Source of the DNA: an uncultured Lachnospiraceae bacterium
GTDB taxonomy: Bacteria; Bacillota; Clostridia; Lachnospirales; Lachnospiraceae
Direction of reading: 5' to 3'
Assembly: GCA_964449325.1 (NCBI GenBank)
Contig: CAYUYJ010000013.1
Span: 9,006 to 73,005, forward strand
Length of the DNA stretch: 64,000 nt
Shown here: piece after piece, positions 44,259 through 55,355 of the stretch
Layout: every line of letters begins with the position of its first letter
Numbering within the stretch: the stretch's first letter is position 1
Translations under genes and position numbers: made by a program
Notes under the pieces: model-generated
Told to the model about the DNA's origin: nothing
Databases searched by the model: none
The model's input: the letters and a program-made list of their open reading frames with translations, nothing else

Positions 44259-46256
44259 CTATCTCAATGTAAAGGAGTCCGCCATCTGCTTTAAGCTCTG
44301 TGCACATTCATTTAACTGTTGGCTGATAGCCGTATTTTCTTCTGCACTTGCCGCATTGTTTTCAACGCTTTCAGCAACTTCCTTTAATTCTTCATTGACG
44401 TCCTCAATTGCCTTCTGCTGTTTCTCAACAAGCTCCACAATTTCATCAATATGCTGTTTTGACTGAACAGAATCGTCCATTCCCTGCTGAATGGTTGCGG
44501 AAGTAGCGGTAACCAGTTCTTTTCCCGCCAAAACAGCCGATTGGGATTCCACAATCAGCTTATCAATATTCTCACTTGCCTGTGCACTGGATGCAGCAAG
44601 CGTACTGATTTCACCTGCAACAACAGCAAAGCCCTTTCCTGCTTCCCCAGCCCGGGCTGCTTCAATGGAGGCGTTTAGCGAAAGCAGATTTGTCTGGGCT
44701 GCAATGCTCTTAATTGTTCCCACAAAACCTGCAATCTCGCCATAACATTGTTCGATGCTTTCCATTGCCCTTACAAGGTCGTCCATCTCACGGTTGCCTG
44801 TCTTCAAATGTTCCTTTGTAATTTCTGCCGTATCGCGGATAAAGATGGCACGTTCTGTAATCTGCTTTGTCTGCTCCGTCAACCGTGCCATATCGTCCGA
44901 TACATTGGCAACCGCCTCATTCTGCATAGAAGCACTCTGTGCCACACTCTCTGTTGTTTTCCCCAATTTATCTGCAAAATCCAATACACTCTCGGCTTCC
45001 CTGCTGATTTGTTTGAAGGATTCATTCAGATTGCTTACAATGCTTTCCAGTGCATCCTTAATCTGCACATAGCTTCCCTTAAACTCTCCGTCGATTGTAA
45101 CCGTCAGATTTTTATCCGAAATTGCCGTAACCGTATCGGAAATACTGTCAATATAAAACTTAAGACTCTCAATCGTTTCGTTAATGGCATCTGTCAGTTT
45201 CTCAATTTCCAGAGAATTCTTCTCTTCGTCAAATATTACTGACAAGTCGCCCTGTGCAACCCGTGTCATTTTCCCGCTGATGGATTCCATCGGCCGGAAC
45301 AGTATACTGATTTTTCCATGAACATCTTTCCTGATAACAGCAGTCAGCCACAGGTAAATCAGCAGATTTACACCAACAATCAAAACAAAGAAAAGCAATA
45401 TCGTATTTAAAGGTTTCACAGCAACCACATTCCAACCCGTTACCTCGGAAGTATTACCGATTCCAAATTTAAAACCGCCTTTATAATCCAAAAAAAGTCT
45501 TGTCGCCATATTTCCCTTCATAAAGGGCTCATATCTTCCCGCATTTACTTCCTGTACAGTATGGGTACTATCTCCGCTCATCGAATAGTCTTTATTCGGA
45601 TGTACGAGAATCGTTCCGTCAGAAGTAGTCAGGAACACATAGCTGCTTGTCGCATAACTTTCCTCAATAAGGGAAACCAGATTGTCCATATACATATCCA
45701 TTCCGACAACACCTGACACTTCTCCGTTTCGGTAGGTTGCTTTGGACAATGTAATACAGATTCCACCTGTCTGCAAATCCACATACGGGTCGGAAATATA
45801 TACTTTCTCCGGTTCTGCCTGTGCTCTCTTATACCATTCACGCTCTGTTACAATAAAGTCCTCCGGCGGCTGCCATCCTCCGCTCATAATGGTGACATTC
45901 TCGTCATAACAACTGTAAACCGCTGAAATCTGTTCATCCATCGTCACCATGGAATCCACATAGCTTAAAACATCCTCCCCTTCTTCAAGGGTTCCGCTAC
46001 TGATTCCGGATGCAATTGCCTCAAGCATACTTACCTTGCTCTGCATGGCGCGGTCAATTTGCTCCTTATAATCTCCGGCAGAACTACGGTTGTCTTTCAA
46101 AGTATACATGATTGCAAAAAAACCACCAATCAGGATGGATACCAAACATACAATAATCAGTGCGCGTCGCAGGAGCACTACAAACATGCGCCCAATTCTG
46201 CTGCTTAATCCTTCCTTTACGTTCTCTGTTTTCGTCTCATTTCCAATCTTATTCAT
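44259..46256 (-). CDS. methyl-accepting chemotaxis protein with extracellular Cache-like domain
   Basis: Domain order is TM, ~250-aa Cache-like sensor, TM, HAMP, then MCP signalling domain ([26 protein letters not shown]). The start is chosen at MNKIGNE (GGAGG 9 nt upstream). ATGs at 46262 and 46277 are alternatives. Confidence 0.88.
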   Translation of the reverse strand: MNKIGNETKTENVKEGLSSRIGRMFVVLLRRALIIVCLVSILIGGFFAIMYTLKDNRSSAGDYKEQIDRAMQSKVSMLEAIASGISSGTLEEGEDVLSYVDSMVTMDEQISAVYSCYDENVTIMSGGWQPPEDFIVTEREWYKRAQAEPEKVYISDPYVDLQTGGICITLSKATYRNGEVSGVVGMDMYMDNLVSLIEESYATSSYVFLTTSDGTILVHPNKDYSMSGDSTHTVQEVNAGRYEPFMKGNMATRLFLDYKGGFKFGIGNTSEVTGWNVVAVKPLNTILLFFVLIVGVNLLIYLWLTAVIRKDVHGKISILFRPMESISGKMTRVAQGDLSVIFDEEKNSLEIEKLTDAINETIESLKFYIDSISDTVTAISDKNLTVTIDGEFKGSYVQIKDALESIVSNLNESFKQISREAESVLDFADKLGKTTESVAQSASMQNEAVANVSDDMARLTEQTKQITERAIFIRDTAEITKEHLKTGNREMDDLVRAMESIEQCYGEIAGFVGTIKSIAAQTNLLSLNASIEAARAGEAGKGFAVVAGEISTLAASSAQASENIDKLIVESQSAVLAGKELVTATSATIQQGMDDSVQSKQHIDEIVELVEKQQKAIEDVNEELKEVAESVENNAASAEENTAISQQLNECAQSLKQMADSFTLR

Positions 46257-49200
46257 CTGCATTTTCCTCCAAAACAAGGTTGTCGTATAATTCTTTGTAC
46301 TTCTCCATCAGTTCTCCATGGTGTGCACGAATGTAATCCAAATCTTTGGTTTTTGCCGCCATTTCCAGTTCCTTTGCCTGCGCCGACAGCTCTACGGCAC
46401 CGATGGTCAGGGAAGTACTTTTTAAAGCATGTACCGTAATACGATAGTTTTCCCAATCTTCCTTTGCTAAAAATTCTTCTAAAGCGGCGTGTTTATCGTT
46501 TTTCAGATATTCTCCTATCATTTCATGATAAAAATTCATATCATCCATACAGTAACTTAGACCTGTGCTGATGTCCAGTCCCGGAATTGCAGCAAGCCCC
46601 TTCACTTCCTCTGTTGCGGACTGCACACCTTCTTTTGCCTGCGCTTTTCCTGCAGCATGTGCACTCTCGGTGTTTTGTATATCTGCCGTTTCTTTCTGTG
46701 TATCCTCCAGCCGCCTAAGTGACAGCTTCTCCGGCGGCAGATATCTTAAAAGAACTGCATTCAGTTCTTTCTCCTGAATCGGTTTGGACAGATAATCCGC
46801 AAATCCCGCCTGCATGTATTCTTCCCTCGCCCCGAGAATTGCATTGGCTGTCAATATTACAACCGGCGTGGTAATGTTGGGATGATTTTCCATTTCCTTC
46901 ATTTGATGGAAGCATTCCACACCGTCCATGACCGGCATCAGATGATCCATGAAAATCAAATCATATTTATCCTTTTGTATCTTATCAAGCGCATCCATCC
47001 CGCTTTCCGCAGTATCCACTGCGACGGCCGTATATTTGAGCAGTCCTTTTGCCACCAAAAGATTCATAGGCACATCATCAACTACCAGAACCTTTGCATC
47101 CGGAGCATAAACCAACTCTGTCTCAAGGTTTTCCCTCTCCATCTGCTCATGATACCGCTTGGAAAAATCCCCGATTGGTTCATGATTCCTGATGTGCTGC
47201 TGTATTCTCGCCTGAAATGTGGAACCCTGTCCGTAGACACTGCTTACCGAAATCTCTCCGCCCATCATTTCCACCAGATTTTTGGTCAAATTGAGTCCTA
47301 AACCTGTTCCCTCAATATTTCGATTTCTCTTTTCATCCACTCTGGTGAAATTCTCAAACAGCCTGCCGATATCCTCCTTTTTGATACCGATTCCTGTGTC
47401 CTTCACAGTAATGACAAGCATCATGATGGCATCTCTTTTTCCCTCATAATCCACATGCAGTTCAATTTCTCCCTCATTTGTATATTTCACTGCGTTGGAA
47501 AGCAGATTATTGATAATCTGTCGTACCCGCACCTCATCCCCGTAAAGACCACAGGGCATGGACGGATTGATCGAAATAGAAAATTCCAGTCCCTTCTCTG
47601 CCGCCCTTGATGCAGTCATATTATAGCAGTCGTTTAATACGGAAAACAGTTCATACTCCACAGGAATAATTTCCAGCTTTCCCGACTCAATTTTAGAAAT
47701 ATCCAGAATATCATTAACAATGGAAAGTAACGACTGACTGGCACTCTGGATGTTTTTTCCATATTCTCGAAGTGTTTCATTATCCTCACACTCCCTGAGT
47801 AACATGGTATCCATACCGATAATTCCATTGATGGGAGTACGGATTTCGTGAGACATATTCGTCAAAAAGGTGCTCTTCGCATGATTGGCAGCCACCAGTT
47901 CTTCTTCATGCTCCAGGAGCTGTTTTCTCTGTTTTTCATAAAGATGGTTCTGATATTTTAAAATAATGCCAAAGATACAGGATACAAAGAAAATTGCCTG
48001 TATGACATCAAAAACCATATACCCCTCCGGCATCTCTACAAGAAGTTCCGGATATCTGTTTGCCACCAAAATACACCCCGTCATCGTAGCAAACCCTAAC
48101 AGGAACATAATCAGGCATGTCCAACCCTTCAATATCAGCCATGTGAAAATCAATCCCAAAACAAACCATACCGGCATACCGCTGTAAATACCTCCGGATG
48201 CAAAAAACATCAGCGGAAATACAATAATATTAGCTCCAAAGCAAATCAGCATTCCTGCCATCCGCATATTATTGGTTTTTACCGATAAATACATGGCACC
48301 AAATACCAAAAGCAAGATCAGCATGATAACAGCCACACTTTCATAGGCTCCCATCGCTAACGTGGCAATCAGAGCAGCTGATCCGCCAACTAATGCTGCT
48401 GTCAGGATTAAATGCATCATTCTCTGCTGAATGCTGTATTCCTCTTTCAGAATGGTATTCGCATACCAGTTGGTTACTCTTTTCACACTGCTTTCCCGTC
48501 TCGTCCTTTTATCATCCTTCTCTGCCGCAGTTCTTCTCTCTTTCCTGAAAAAGAACAATCCCCATGTTCCCTCTCCACTGTTACATGCAATTATTGATGA
48601 AGCCTTTTGAAAGTATATATGCTTAAAATGACATCTCTTTTCTACCTCATTTTTAATATATTCCAGCGTTTCCGCATCCAGATTTACATGGGCAATAAAA
48701 AGTATATCCTTGTCAATTCTCCATTTGTTTCTTAATGTACATTTTATATATTTGCTAATTACCTCTGCCCATTGTCCGACAAAAACATGTTTTGGCACAA
48801 TGTTTGCACCTTTCATGGTGAGCATGGGGTGCATAAGCATTCTTTCACAAATGTTATTGACTCCCTTGGAAAGTCTGCCGGAGCGATACAGAAACCGGGT
48901 TTCCTTTAAAACAAATCCGGAAGACACCAGATTTTCCGAATCAGAAAGTACGTTCAAAATCTGTGTCAGGGATGCACCCTCCTGCGCCATTTTTGCCGCT
49001 TTGATTACAAACAGTCCCATCCCGTCAGAAAGCTGTCCGGAATCGAATACTGACACATTAGAACACTTTTGTGCTGCTTTTACCGCATTGTAATAACCAT
49101 CACTGACCTTTTTTGCCATGGTAATATGCAAAATATGTTCTGCCACAGTCAGCTGTTTTGCAAAAAAAGCCTCATATTCCTCTACCGTAGGAGGGTCGGA

Positions 49201-49398
49201 AATAGCAAGCCTGTTTTCCTGTTCCATATAAAGCAACAAATCGTTCTGGTCTATTTCCACACCATCGACAAACCGTCCTGCCTCTGTCCGGACATAATAC
49301 GGATGAATGACAACTCCATACTGACTAATCAGTTCTTCCGGCAAATCGCATACACTGTCAGCTGTAATCAAAAGAGAAACTTTATTATGCATCTTCAC
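46249..49398 (-). CDS. DegV-domain / multi-TM / hybrid sensor histidine kinase (HisKA-HATPase-REC-Hpt)
   Basis: 1049-aa ORF. The N-terminal ~290 aa is DegV-like ([15 protein letters not shown]..., ...[14 protein letters not shown]). About six TMs follow, then H-box [11 protein letters not shown], the ATPase N/G boxes (NAVKYT, DTGIGI, GTGLGL), REC (DHLMPVMDG) and Hpt ([12 protein letters not shown]). Confidence 0.88.
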   Translation of the reverse strand: MKMHNKVSLLITADSVCDLPEELISQYGVVIHPYYVRTEAGRFVDGVEIDQNDLLLYMEQENRLAISDPPTVEEYEAFFAKQLTVAEHILHITMAKKVSDGYYNAVKAAQKCSNVSVFDSGQLSDGMGLFVIKAAKMAQEGASLTQILNVLSDSENLVSSGFVLKETRFLYRSGRLSKGVNNICERMLMHPMLTMKGANIVPKHVFVGQWAEVISKYIKCTLRNKWRIDKDILFIAHVNLDAETLEYIKNEVEKRCHFKHIYFQKASSIIACNSGEGTWGLFFFRKERRTAAEKDDKRTRRESSVKRVTNWYANTILKEEYSIQQRMMHLILTAALVGGSAALIATLAMGAYESVAVIMLILLLVFGAMYLSVKTNNMRMAGMLICFGANIIVFPLMFFASGGIYSGMPVWFVLGLIFTWLILKGWTCLIMFLLGFATMTGCILVANRYPELLVEMPEGYMVFDVIQAIFFVSCIFGIILKYQNHLYEKQRKQLLEHEEELVAANHAKSTFLTNMSHEIRTPINGIIGMDTMLLRECEDNETLREYGKNIQSASQSLLSIVNDILDISKIESGKLEIIPVEYELFSVLNDCYNMTASRAAEKGLEFSISINPSMPCGLYGDEVRVRQIINNLLSNAVKYTNEGEIELHVDYEGKRDAIMMLVITVKDTGIGIKKEDIGRLFENFTRVDEKRNRNIEGTGLGLNLTKNLVEMMGGEISVSSVYGQGSTFQARIQQHIRNHEPIGDFSKRYHEQMERENLETELVYAPDAKVLVVDDVPMNLLVAKGLLKYTAVAVDTAESGMDALDKIQKDKYDLIFMDHLMPVMDGVECFHQMKEMENHPNITTPVVILTANAILGAREEYMQAGFADYLSKPIQEKELNAVLLRYLPPEKLSLRRLEDTQKETADIQNTESAHAAGKAQAKEGVQSATEEVKGLAAIPGLDISTGLSYCMDDMNFYHEMIGEYLKNDKHAALEEFLAKEDWENYRITVHALKSTSLTIGAVELSAQAKELEMAAKTKDLDYIRAHHGELMEKYKELYDNLVLEENADE

Positions 49399-51466
49399 TT
49401 TTTCCTCCTTTCAGTACTTTTCGCAATGTACGCGACATTTCAGCCAATTCTATCGGTTTGGATACAAACTCATCAAAACCTTCCTTTAAGAACATTTCCC
49501 TTGCACCGCTCACTGCATTGGCAGTCAATGCAATAATCGGAATATTCCTGTAATGTCCGTTCCGCAACTCCCGTATTTTCTGCATGGCTACGATTCCATT
49601 CATCCCGGGCATCATATGATCCATAAAAATAATCTGATAGTCCGTGAAGCTACATTTCTCTATGGCAAGTTCTCCGCTTAAGCAGGTATCTGCCTCAATT
49701 CCATACGTGTCTAATACTCCCTTTGCTACCATCAGATTCATATGGTCATCATCTACTACCAGTGCACTGATATCTGTAAAATGTAAATCCTTTTCCTCTT
49801 CTTCCTTTCTATTTTGTCCGAATGTCCCGGGTACTATGGCATTTAACAGGTTCACCACCGCCATCACGTACACCGGTTTTCTCAAAATATGAATATTACT
49901 GTTCTTCGGCAGAATAAAAGTGTCATCAGCGAAGACTACCGTAAAAATCTTTTTACTTAGATCTTCGAAATAGTGCCTGTCCATCTCATATTCCCAGCTT
50001 GAAACAAACACATGGGTAAGCGGATTGGTTTCTACAATTTTTTTCAGTGCATCCAGTGAATCCACCTGACTGATATTTAATCCAAGACCACTTTTGATAT
50101 GACCGACCATCGTACCATAATATTGTGCAATCTCAGGACACACATATTTTTCTCCATTGAAATAGCATGCAACCAGGAAATCACTACTCTTTTTCACGCA
50201 GATAGATGCCTTATGATCCACCACCTGCTGCGGAATTACCACATGAACATGAGTTCCCTCGGAAACCTTGCTTTGAATGGATATAAATCCGCCCATGGCA
50301 GCTACCATTCCGTGCACAATTGCAAGTCCGAGACCAAGTCCTCCTGTTTTACGTTCAACATCGGAATCCCCTTGGTAGAAATGTGTAAATATCTGCTTAA
50401 GCTGCTCCTCGCTCATTCCTATGCCGGTATCCCATACATCAATATTCAGATTGATTCCATATTCTTCCTCTCTTTTTCCGATATACAAGTATGCCCCACC
50501 GGACTTCGTGAACTTGATTACATTATCCATAAGTGCCTGAATAATTTTTTTCAGTTTCCCTGCATCCCCATGTAACACCTTCGGAATATCCGGCTGTATA
50601 TCAATTGCTATATCCAGCTTTCGGTTCATCCTCTGCCATTGAATGCCGGAAACGGCATCATTGATTACGGACAGCGGCTCATAATCCTCGGCGGATACCT
50701 CCAGTGTATTCGTAATCAATTCCGAATAATCCAAAATATCGCTGACCTGACCATACAGGCGTCTTCCGGCACTCTGAATAGCCTCTATCTCCTTTCTCAG
50801 TCCGCTATCCAGTTCTCTGTGAAGAATAATCTCACTCATGCCGTTAACCGCATTAATCGGAGTGCGTAACTCATGTGAAACATTGACAAGAAACCTCTCA
50901 CTCTCCCGCCTTGCATTGAGCAGTTCCTTTTCCATTTTATCCAACAGCATCGTCTCCCGATTCCGGTACCTGATAAACACTCTGGAAATAAAAACGGCAC
51001 ACAAAAGACATACGATACCAAGAATCACCCTCATCCAGATAATCTGCTCTGTACCCGGACCAATAAATCCGGTTACAAAAAAATGCCACAAAAGAACGAC
51101 CGGAAAAGCAGATGCTATCAAATAGATTAACATCATATTCTGCTGTGCAGACAGGATACTCATTAACAGACAAAGTATAATCGGAACATCCGTTGCAGAA
51201 TTCCCATGTCCGCCGTAATACAGCACACCGCCCAGTGCAACAATAGTATAAAAACAGATTCTCGCATTTGCTGTTCCCACCTGAAAGAAATGCACAATCC
51301 AACAGGAAAGAATGAATACTCCGGTTAAAGGACCTATAATCTGCCAGAATTTCCAATTGGCAGTCACCATAACCACCACAAGCAATATCTCCAAAACAGT
51401 GATTAGTGTTATAAATGTCATATGAAATAATGTCTGAATTTCTTTTTCGGATTTTCTTTCTCTCAC
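49385..51466 (-). CDS. hybrid sensor histidine kinase (multi-TM sensor, HisKA-HATPase, linker domain, REC)
   Basis: 693-aa ORF with five or six N-terminal TMs, H-box VSHELRTPINAV, ATPase G boxes (DTGIGM, GGLGLGL), a ~150-aa intervening domain, and REC (DHMMPGMNG). Its stop overlaps the DegV-kinase start by 14 nt. Confidence 0.88.
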   Translation of the reverse strand: MRERKSEKEIQTLFHMTFITLITVLEILLVVVMVTANWKFWQIIGPLTGVFILSCWIVHFFQVGTANARICFYTIVALGGVLYYGGHGNSATDVPIILCLLMSILSAQQNMMLIYLIASAFPVVLLWHFFVTGFIGPGTEQIIWMRVILGIVCLLCAVFISRVFIRYRNRETMLLDKMEKELLNARRESERFLVNVSHELRTPINAVNGMSEIILHRELDSGLRKEIEAIQSAGRRLYGQVSDILDYSELITNTLEVSAEDYEPLSVINDAVSGIQWQRMNRKLDIAIDIQPDIPKVLHGDAGKLKKIIQALMDNVIKFTKSGGAYLYIGKREEEYGINLNIDVWDTGIGMSEEQLKQIFTHFYQGDSDVERKTGGLGLGLAIVHGMVAAMGGFISIQSKVSEGTHVHVVIPQQVVDHKASICVKKSSDFLVACYFNGEKYVCPEIAQYYGTMVGHIKSGLGLNISQVDSLDALKKIVETNPLTHVFVSSWEYEMDRHYFEDLSKKIFTVVFADDTFILPKNSNIHILRKPVYVMAVVNLLNAIVPGTFGQNRKEEEEKDLHFTDISALVVDDDHMNLMVAKGVLDTYGIEADTCLSGELAIEKCSFTDYQIIFMDHMMPGMNGIVAMQKIRELRNGHYRNIPIIALTANAVSGAREMFLKEGFDEFVSKPIELAEMSRTLRKVLKGGKSEDA

Positions 51467-51490
51467 TTGTTTCCTCCGTCTGTCTCTTCC

Positions 51491-54400
51491 TTACATTTGC
51501 TCTGTTACTTTACGGATAAGGTTCTTTAACACCTGATAGTGTTCTGTCAGTGCCTTATGGTTAGCTACGACTTCTTCCGTATGACCCTCTTTTGCTGCCA
51601 TTTCCTGCATTCGTGCCTCCTCGGAAAGCTCCGCTGCACCAATGGTTTTTGCGTTACTCTTCAAAGCATGCACTGTAATCCGGTAATTTTCCCAGTCCGC
51701 TTTCTGAAGAAAGTCTTCCAATTCCTCATCCTTTTTCCCTTCAGCAAATTCATTCAGCATCTCTATATAAAACATTTTGCTTTCCGCACAGAAGGCTAAT
51801 CCTTCCTTAACATCCAACTGTGGTATCTGCATGGAAAAGATCTGTAATTCCTCCGGTGAGAAAGAATCCTCCGGTGTCATATCCTGCATATTTTGCGGCT
51901 CAATCTTCTCCGTTTTTTCTGAAACCTCCTGACTTGCAGTCTCCTGTACGGATGCTTTCTTTTTTTCTTTATTCTTAAAACCAACCTTTTCTTTCGGAAG
52001 GTACTCTGCCAATATCTTCTCCAGTCCTTCCACAACGATTGGCTTTGAAAGGTAATCGTCAAAACCTTCTGCCAGATATTGTTCCTTCGCACCTGTAATT
52101 GCATTGGCAGTCATGACAATAATCTTTGTATACACCGGTAGGAATTTGCTTTTCCTTAAAGCCTTCATTGTCTCAATGCCATCCATCTCCGGCATCATAT
52201 GATCCATGAAAATAATATCATACTGCTTTTTCTCCACCATTCGGATGCACTCCATACCGCTTGATGCCGTATCTACTTTGATACTGCTTCGTTTTAACAG
52301 TCCCACTGCCACTTTCAGATTCATCTGATTATCATCAACAATCAGAATTTCCGCATCAGGAGCGTAAAGATATCCTTTTTCCTCTTTCTTCATTTTTTCC
52401 TTTTGAATAACATTGTGTCCAACCGGTGTCCGGTCTACAATTCTCTGTTTTAAGTCAAAAGAAAATTTGGAGCCTTTCCCGTACTCACTCTCAACCTCCA
52501 AAGAGCTTCCCATCATTTTCAGCAGACTCTGCACGATGGAAATTCCCAGTCCGGTTCCTTCAACATTGTGATTTTTTTCTTCATCCAGTCTCTGGAAGGA
52601 TTCGAAAAGCTTTCCCATATCTTCTTTTCGGATACCGATACCGGTATCGATTACCTCCACATGAAGGAGGATATCTTCCGTTTCCTCTGCCACATCCTGT
52701 TTTTGAATAACCAGAGTCACTTTACCTTCCCTTGTATATTTCACTGCATTCGTCAAAAGATTGATGATAATCTGCCTTATTCTTACATCATCACCATACA
52801 GGGAGCACGGAAGCTTTTCATCAATCTTTAATTCCAGCAGCAGCCCCTTCTTTTCTGCCTTATCGGCTATCATATTTATCAAATCATTGATAAGATCCGA
52901 TGTATCGTACCGCACCGGAACTATCTCCATTTTTCCGTCTTCAATCTTGGAAAAATCAAGGATACTGTTAATCAACGCCAGCAAGGTCTTTCCGGCACTC
53001 TGAATGTTTTCCGCATATTCACAAATATCTTCGTCTTCACTTTCCCGAAGAATCATTTCATTCATGCCCAAAACTGCATTAATCGGGGTACGAATCTCAT
53101 GGCTCATCTGTGCCAGAAATTGAGATTTTGCCTGTGTAGCCTGCACTGCTTCATCCGCTGCATCCTTTAAACGTACACTTACCGCCTGCTGCCATATCAG
53201 CAGTCTGCGTATCAGATATCTAACGGCAAAAATACAAAATCCAAACATCGGTAAGAAAGCCAGTATAAAAAAAACGATTCCGCCGTAGATTGACCACCAG
53301 TCCTTTACCACCATGATGGTAAAGTTGGAAACATCATCATGCTCCGAAATACACGCCTTATATTTTCCATCGTAATCCTTCAAAACACTGATTTCCGAGT
53401 TTTTGGAATACACCTTCGCATAATTTAAATCCCGTACATTTACAGAACTGTTTCCGGAGAGCTGATATTCTTCATTCGGATGATTGATAATGATTCCGTT
53501 ATTATTTATCAGAAAAGCATATCCATCCTCCGAATAGGTATTCTGCATAACCTCAGTCAGCTTATCCAGATTAAAGTCAATCGCAAACACTCCCAAAAAA
53601 GTACCATCTTTTCCATAAACCCTTTTGGAAAAGGTTAAATAGTACCTCTTCTCCTGTGTATCATAGTAGGGGCTGGAAATGAAAAAGCCCTCCTTATCAC
53701 TCATGGTATCCGCATACCATGGATAAGCCTGCAATATGTAATCCTCCCCCGGCACCCATCCATTGTTCATGATTACTTTCCATGAAGTATCCGGATTGCC
53801 TATATACACAAGCGAAATTTCAGGATAATTTTCTGCAACAGCATTCAAATAAGCGGTTGCCTGCGAACGTTCCTCCAACAATTCAGGCTGTGCTGCTATG
53901 GAATGACAAAACATTTCCAATATGGTCTTCCTGTCTTCCATCCATTCAATCAGTTTTGCATTATAGCCACTCACTTCTTCTGACATACGGGTTGCACCCA
54001 AGTCCAGAAGCATCGTGTCGCAAAAGAACAAAATCAGAAACATTGCTATGATAAGCACGCCCGTGACCTGCCATCTGGTTCTTTTTCCGATACGGGACTC
54101 CGTCTCTTCCCTGTCGGTTTTCGTTGCCTTTCTTTTCTGCCCCTCATCTGCCTTTGTGAGCCCGGAATAGGAAAAAAGATTATCCAGCATATTCGACAAC
54201 AGCAGTGCCGATTCTTGAATTTTGTCAATATTATCTTTTAAGTCGGTACTCATGCTCAAGGATTTCCTGTTACTCGAATTCAGTATCCTTTTTAACGGTG
54301 TCTTAAGCTCAGAGGATAAATTGGACAGAAAATTTTCCTTGACAGACAGAGCCTTTTCAGCCCGCATACGGTCATTCTGGGCACGAATATATAGCACAAC

Positions 54401-55345
54401 CACGATTCCTATCAGCAAAAGATTCAACAACGAATTTCTTATTAACTGAAGATAACTTTCTTTATACAGTTCCCATTCCTGTACACTCAAAATCAAATAC
54501 CAGTTGTTCTGTGTACGGGTAAAAAACACCTTGTTTTTCTTCCCGTTAATATTACTGTCAAAGGATAACTGCTCTTTTCTCTGTACGGTAATCTCTCGGA
54601 ACACATTATCATACTCCGGCAGTGCTTCCGACAGGCTTTTCCCAAGATAATCCGCATTCGCATAGCCGATAATCATTCCCTCATCATTGACAATGAGAGC
54701 CTCACTCTTATTATCACTCTGCATTTCCTCAATGGAATTCTGTATTTTGGACAAACTGAAATCCAGTGCCACGATACTTCTTCTGTCAGAAAGCAGTTCG
54801 GCTACCGTAAAGCACATATTTCCTGTAACAAGGTCTACATAGGGAGGAGAAATATAAATATCACCGGGATTTTGCTTCAGTGTCTCTGAATACCAGATTC
54901 GCTCCTCCACCTTAAAATCTTCCGGCAGATCATACCCCGGCAGAATAATATATTCATCACGCACCAGAAAAGTATTCATACAGACACCGTCCGACAACTG
55001 CTTCTGTAATATGCTCTGTTTCCTGAAAAAATCGGTCATTTCTTCCTTGGAAGCCCCTTGTTCCATACGTTCTTCCACTTGATTTGCCAAAATGGAAGTC
55101 ATATATTCCGATTCCGAAAGCATCGACTGCAGATTCCCGGTAATGCTTTCCGCCTGATTCTGTCCAATGGTTTCTATCTGCCTTACAGTCATGCTGTAAA
55201 TCAGCAAAATATTAAGAAGAAGCACAATTACCAAAACAACAAAAACCGCGCCGATAAAGCCATAACTGGTTTTTTTCCCATGCCCAAAGCCGAACTTTTT
55301 CCGTAATGAATCCTTTGTCTTTTCAAACATACTCCACAGCCTCAC
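51491..55345 (-). CDS. hybrid sensor histidine kinase with two tandem TM-Cache-TM modules (HisKA-HATPase-REC-Hpt)
   Basis: 1284-aa ORF with four TMs bracketing two Cache-like extracellular domains. A degenerate H-box LSSELKTPL follows module 1, and the bona fide H-box [12 protein letters not shown] follows module 2. Then come the ATPase (DTGIGI, GTGLGI), REC (DHMMPEMDG) and Hpt (HALKSNAKTIGA). Confidence 0.88.
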   Translation of the reverse strand: MRLWSMFEKTKDSLRKKFGFGHGKKTSYGFIGAVFVVLVIVLLLNILLIYSMTVRQIETIGQNQAESITGNLQSMLSESEYMTSILANQVEERMEQGASKEEMTDFFRKQSILQKQLSDGVCMNTFLVRDEYIILPGYDLPEDFKVEERIWYSETLKQNPGDIYISPPYVDLVTGNMCFTVAELLSDRRSIVALDFSLSKIQNSIEEMQSDNKSEALIVNDEGMIIGYANADYLGKSLSEALPEYDNVFREITVQRKEQLSFDSNINGKKNKVFFTRTQNNWYLILSVQEWELYKESYLQLIRNSLLNLLLIGIVVVLYIRAQNDRMRAEKALSVKENFLSNLSSELKTPLKRILNSSNRKSLSMSTDLKDNIDKIQESALLLSNMLDNLFSYSGLTKADEGQKRKATKTDREETESRIGKRTRWQVTGVLIIAMFLILFFCDTMLLDLGATRMSEEVSGYNAKLIEWMEDRKTILEMFCHSIAAQPELLEERSQATAYLNAVAENYPEISLVYIGNPDTSWKVIMNNGWVPGEDYILQAYPWYADTMSDKEGFFISSPYYDTQEKRYYLTFSKRVYGKDGTFLGVFAIDFNLDKLTEVMQNTYSEDGYAFLINNNGIIINHPNEEYQLSGNSSVNVRDLNYAKVYSKNSEISVLKDYDGKYKACISEHDDVSNFTIMVVKDWWSIYGGIVFFILAFLPMFGFCIFAVRYLIRRLLIWQQAVSVRLKDAADEAVQATQAKSQFLAQMSHEIRTPINAVLGMNEMILRESEDEDICEYAENIQSAGKTLLALINSILDFSKIEDGKMEIVPVRYDTSDLINDLINMIADKAEKKGLLLELKIDEKLPCSLYGDDVRIRQIIINLLTNAVKYTREGKVTLVIQKQDVAEETEDILLHVEVIDTGIGIRKEDMGKLFESFQRLDEEKNHNVEGTGLGISIVQSLLKMMGSSLEVESEYGKGSKFSFDLKQRIVDRTPVGHNVIQKEKMKKEEKGYLYAPDAEILIVDDNQMNLKVAVGLLKRSSIKVDTASSGMECIRMVEKKQYDIIFMDHMMPEMDGIETMKALRKSKFLPVYTKIIVMTANAITGAKEQYLAEGFDDYLSKPIVVEGLEKILAEYLPKEKVGFKNKEKKKASVQETASQEVSEKTEKIEPQNMQDMTPEDSFSPEELQIFSMQIPQLDVKEGLAFCAESKMFYIEMLNEFAEGKKDEELEDFLQKADWENYRITVHALKSNAKTIGAAELSEEARMQEMAAKEGHTEEVVANHKALTEHYQVLKNLIRKVTEQM

Positions 55346-55355
55346 CTGTTAATTT

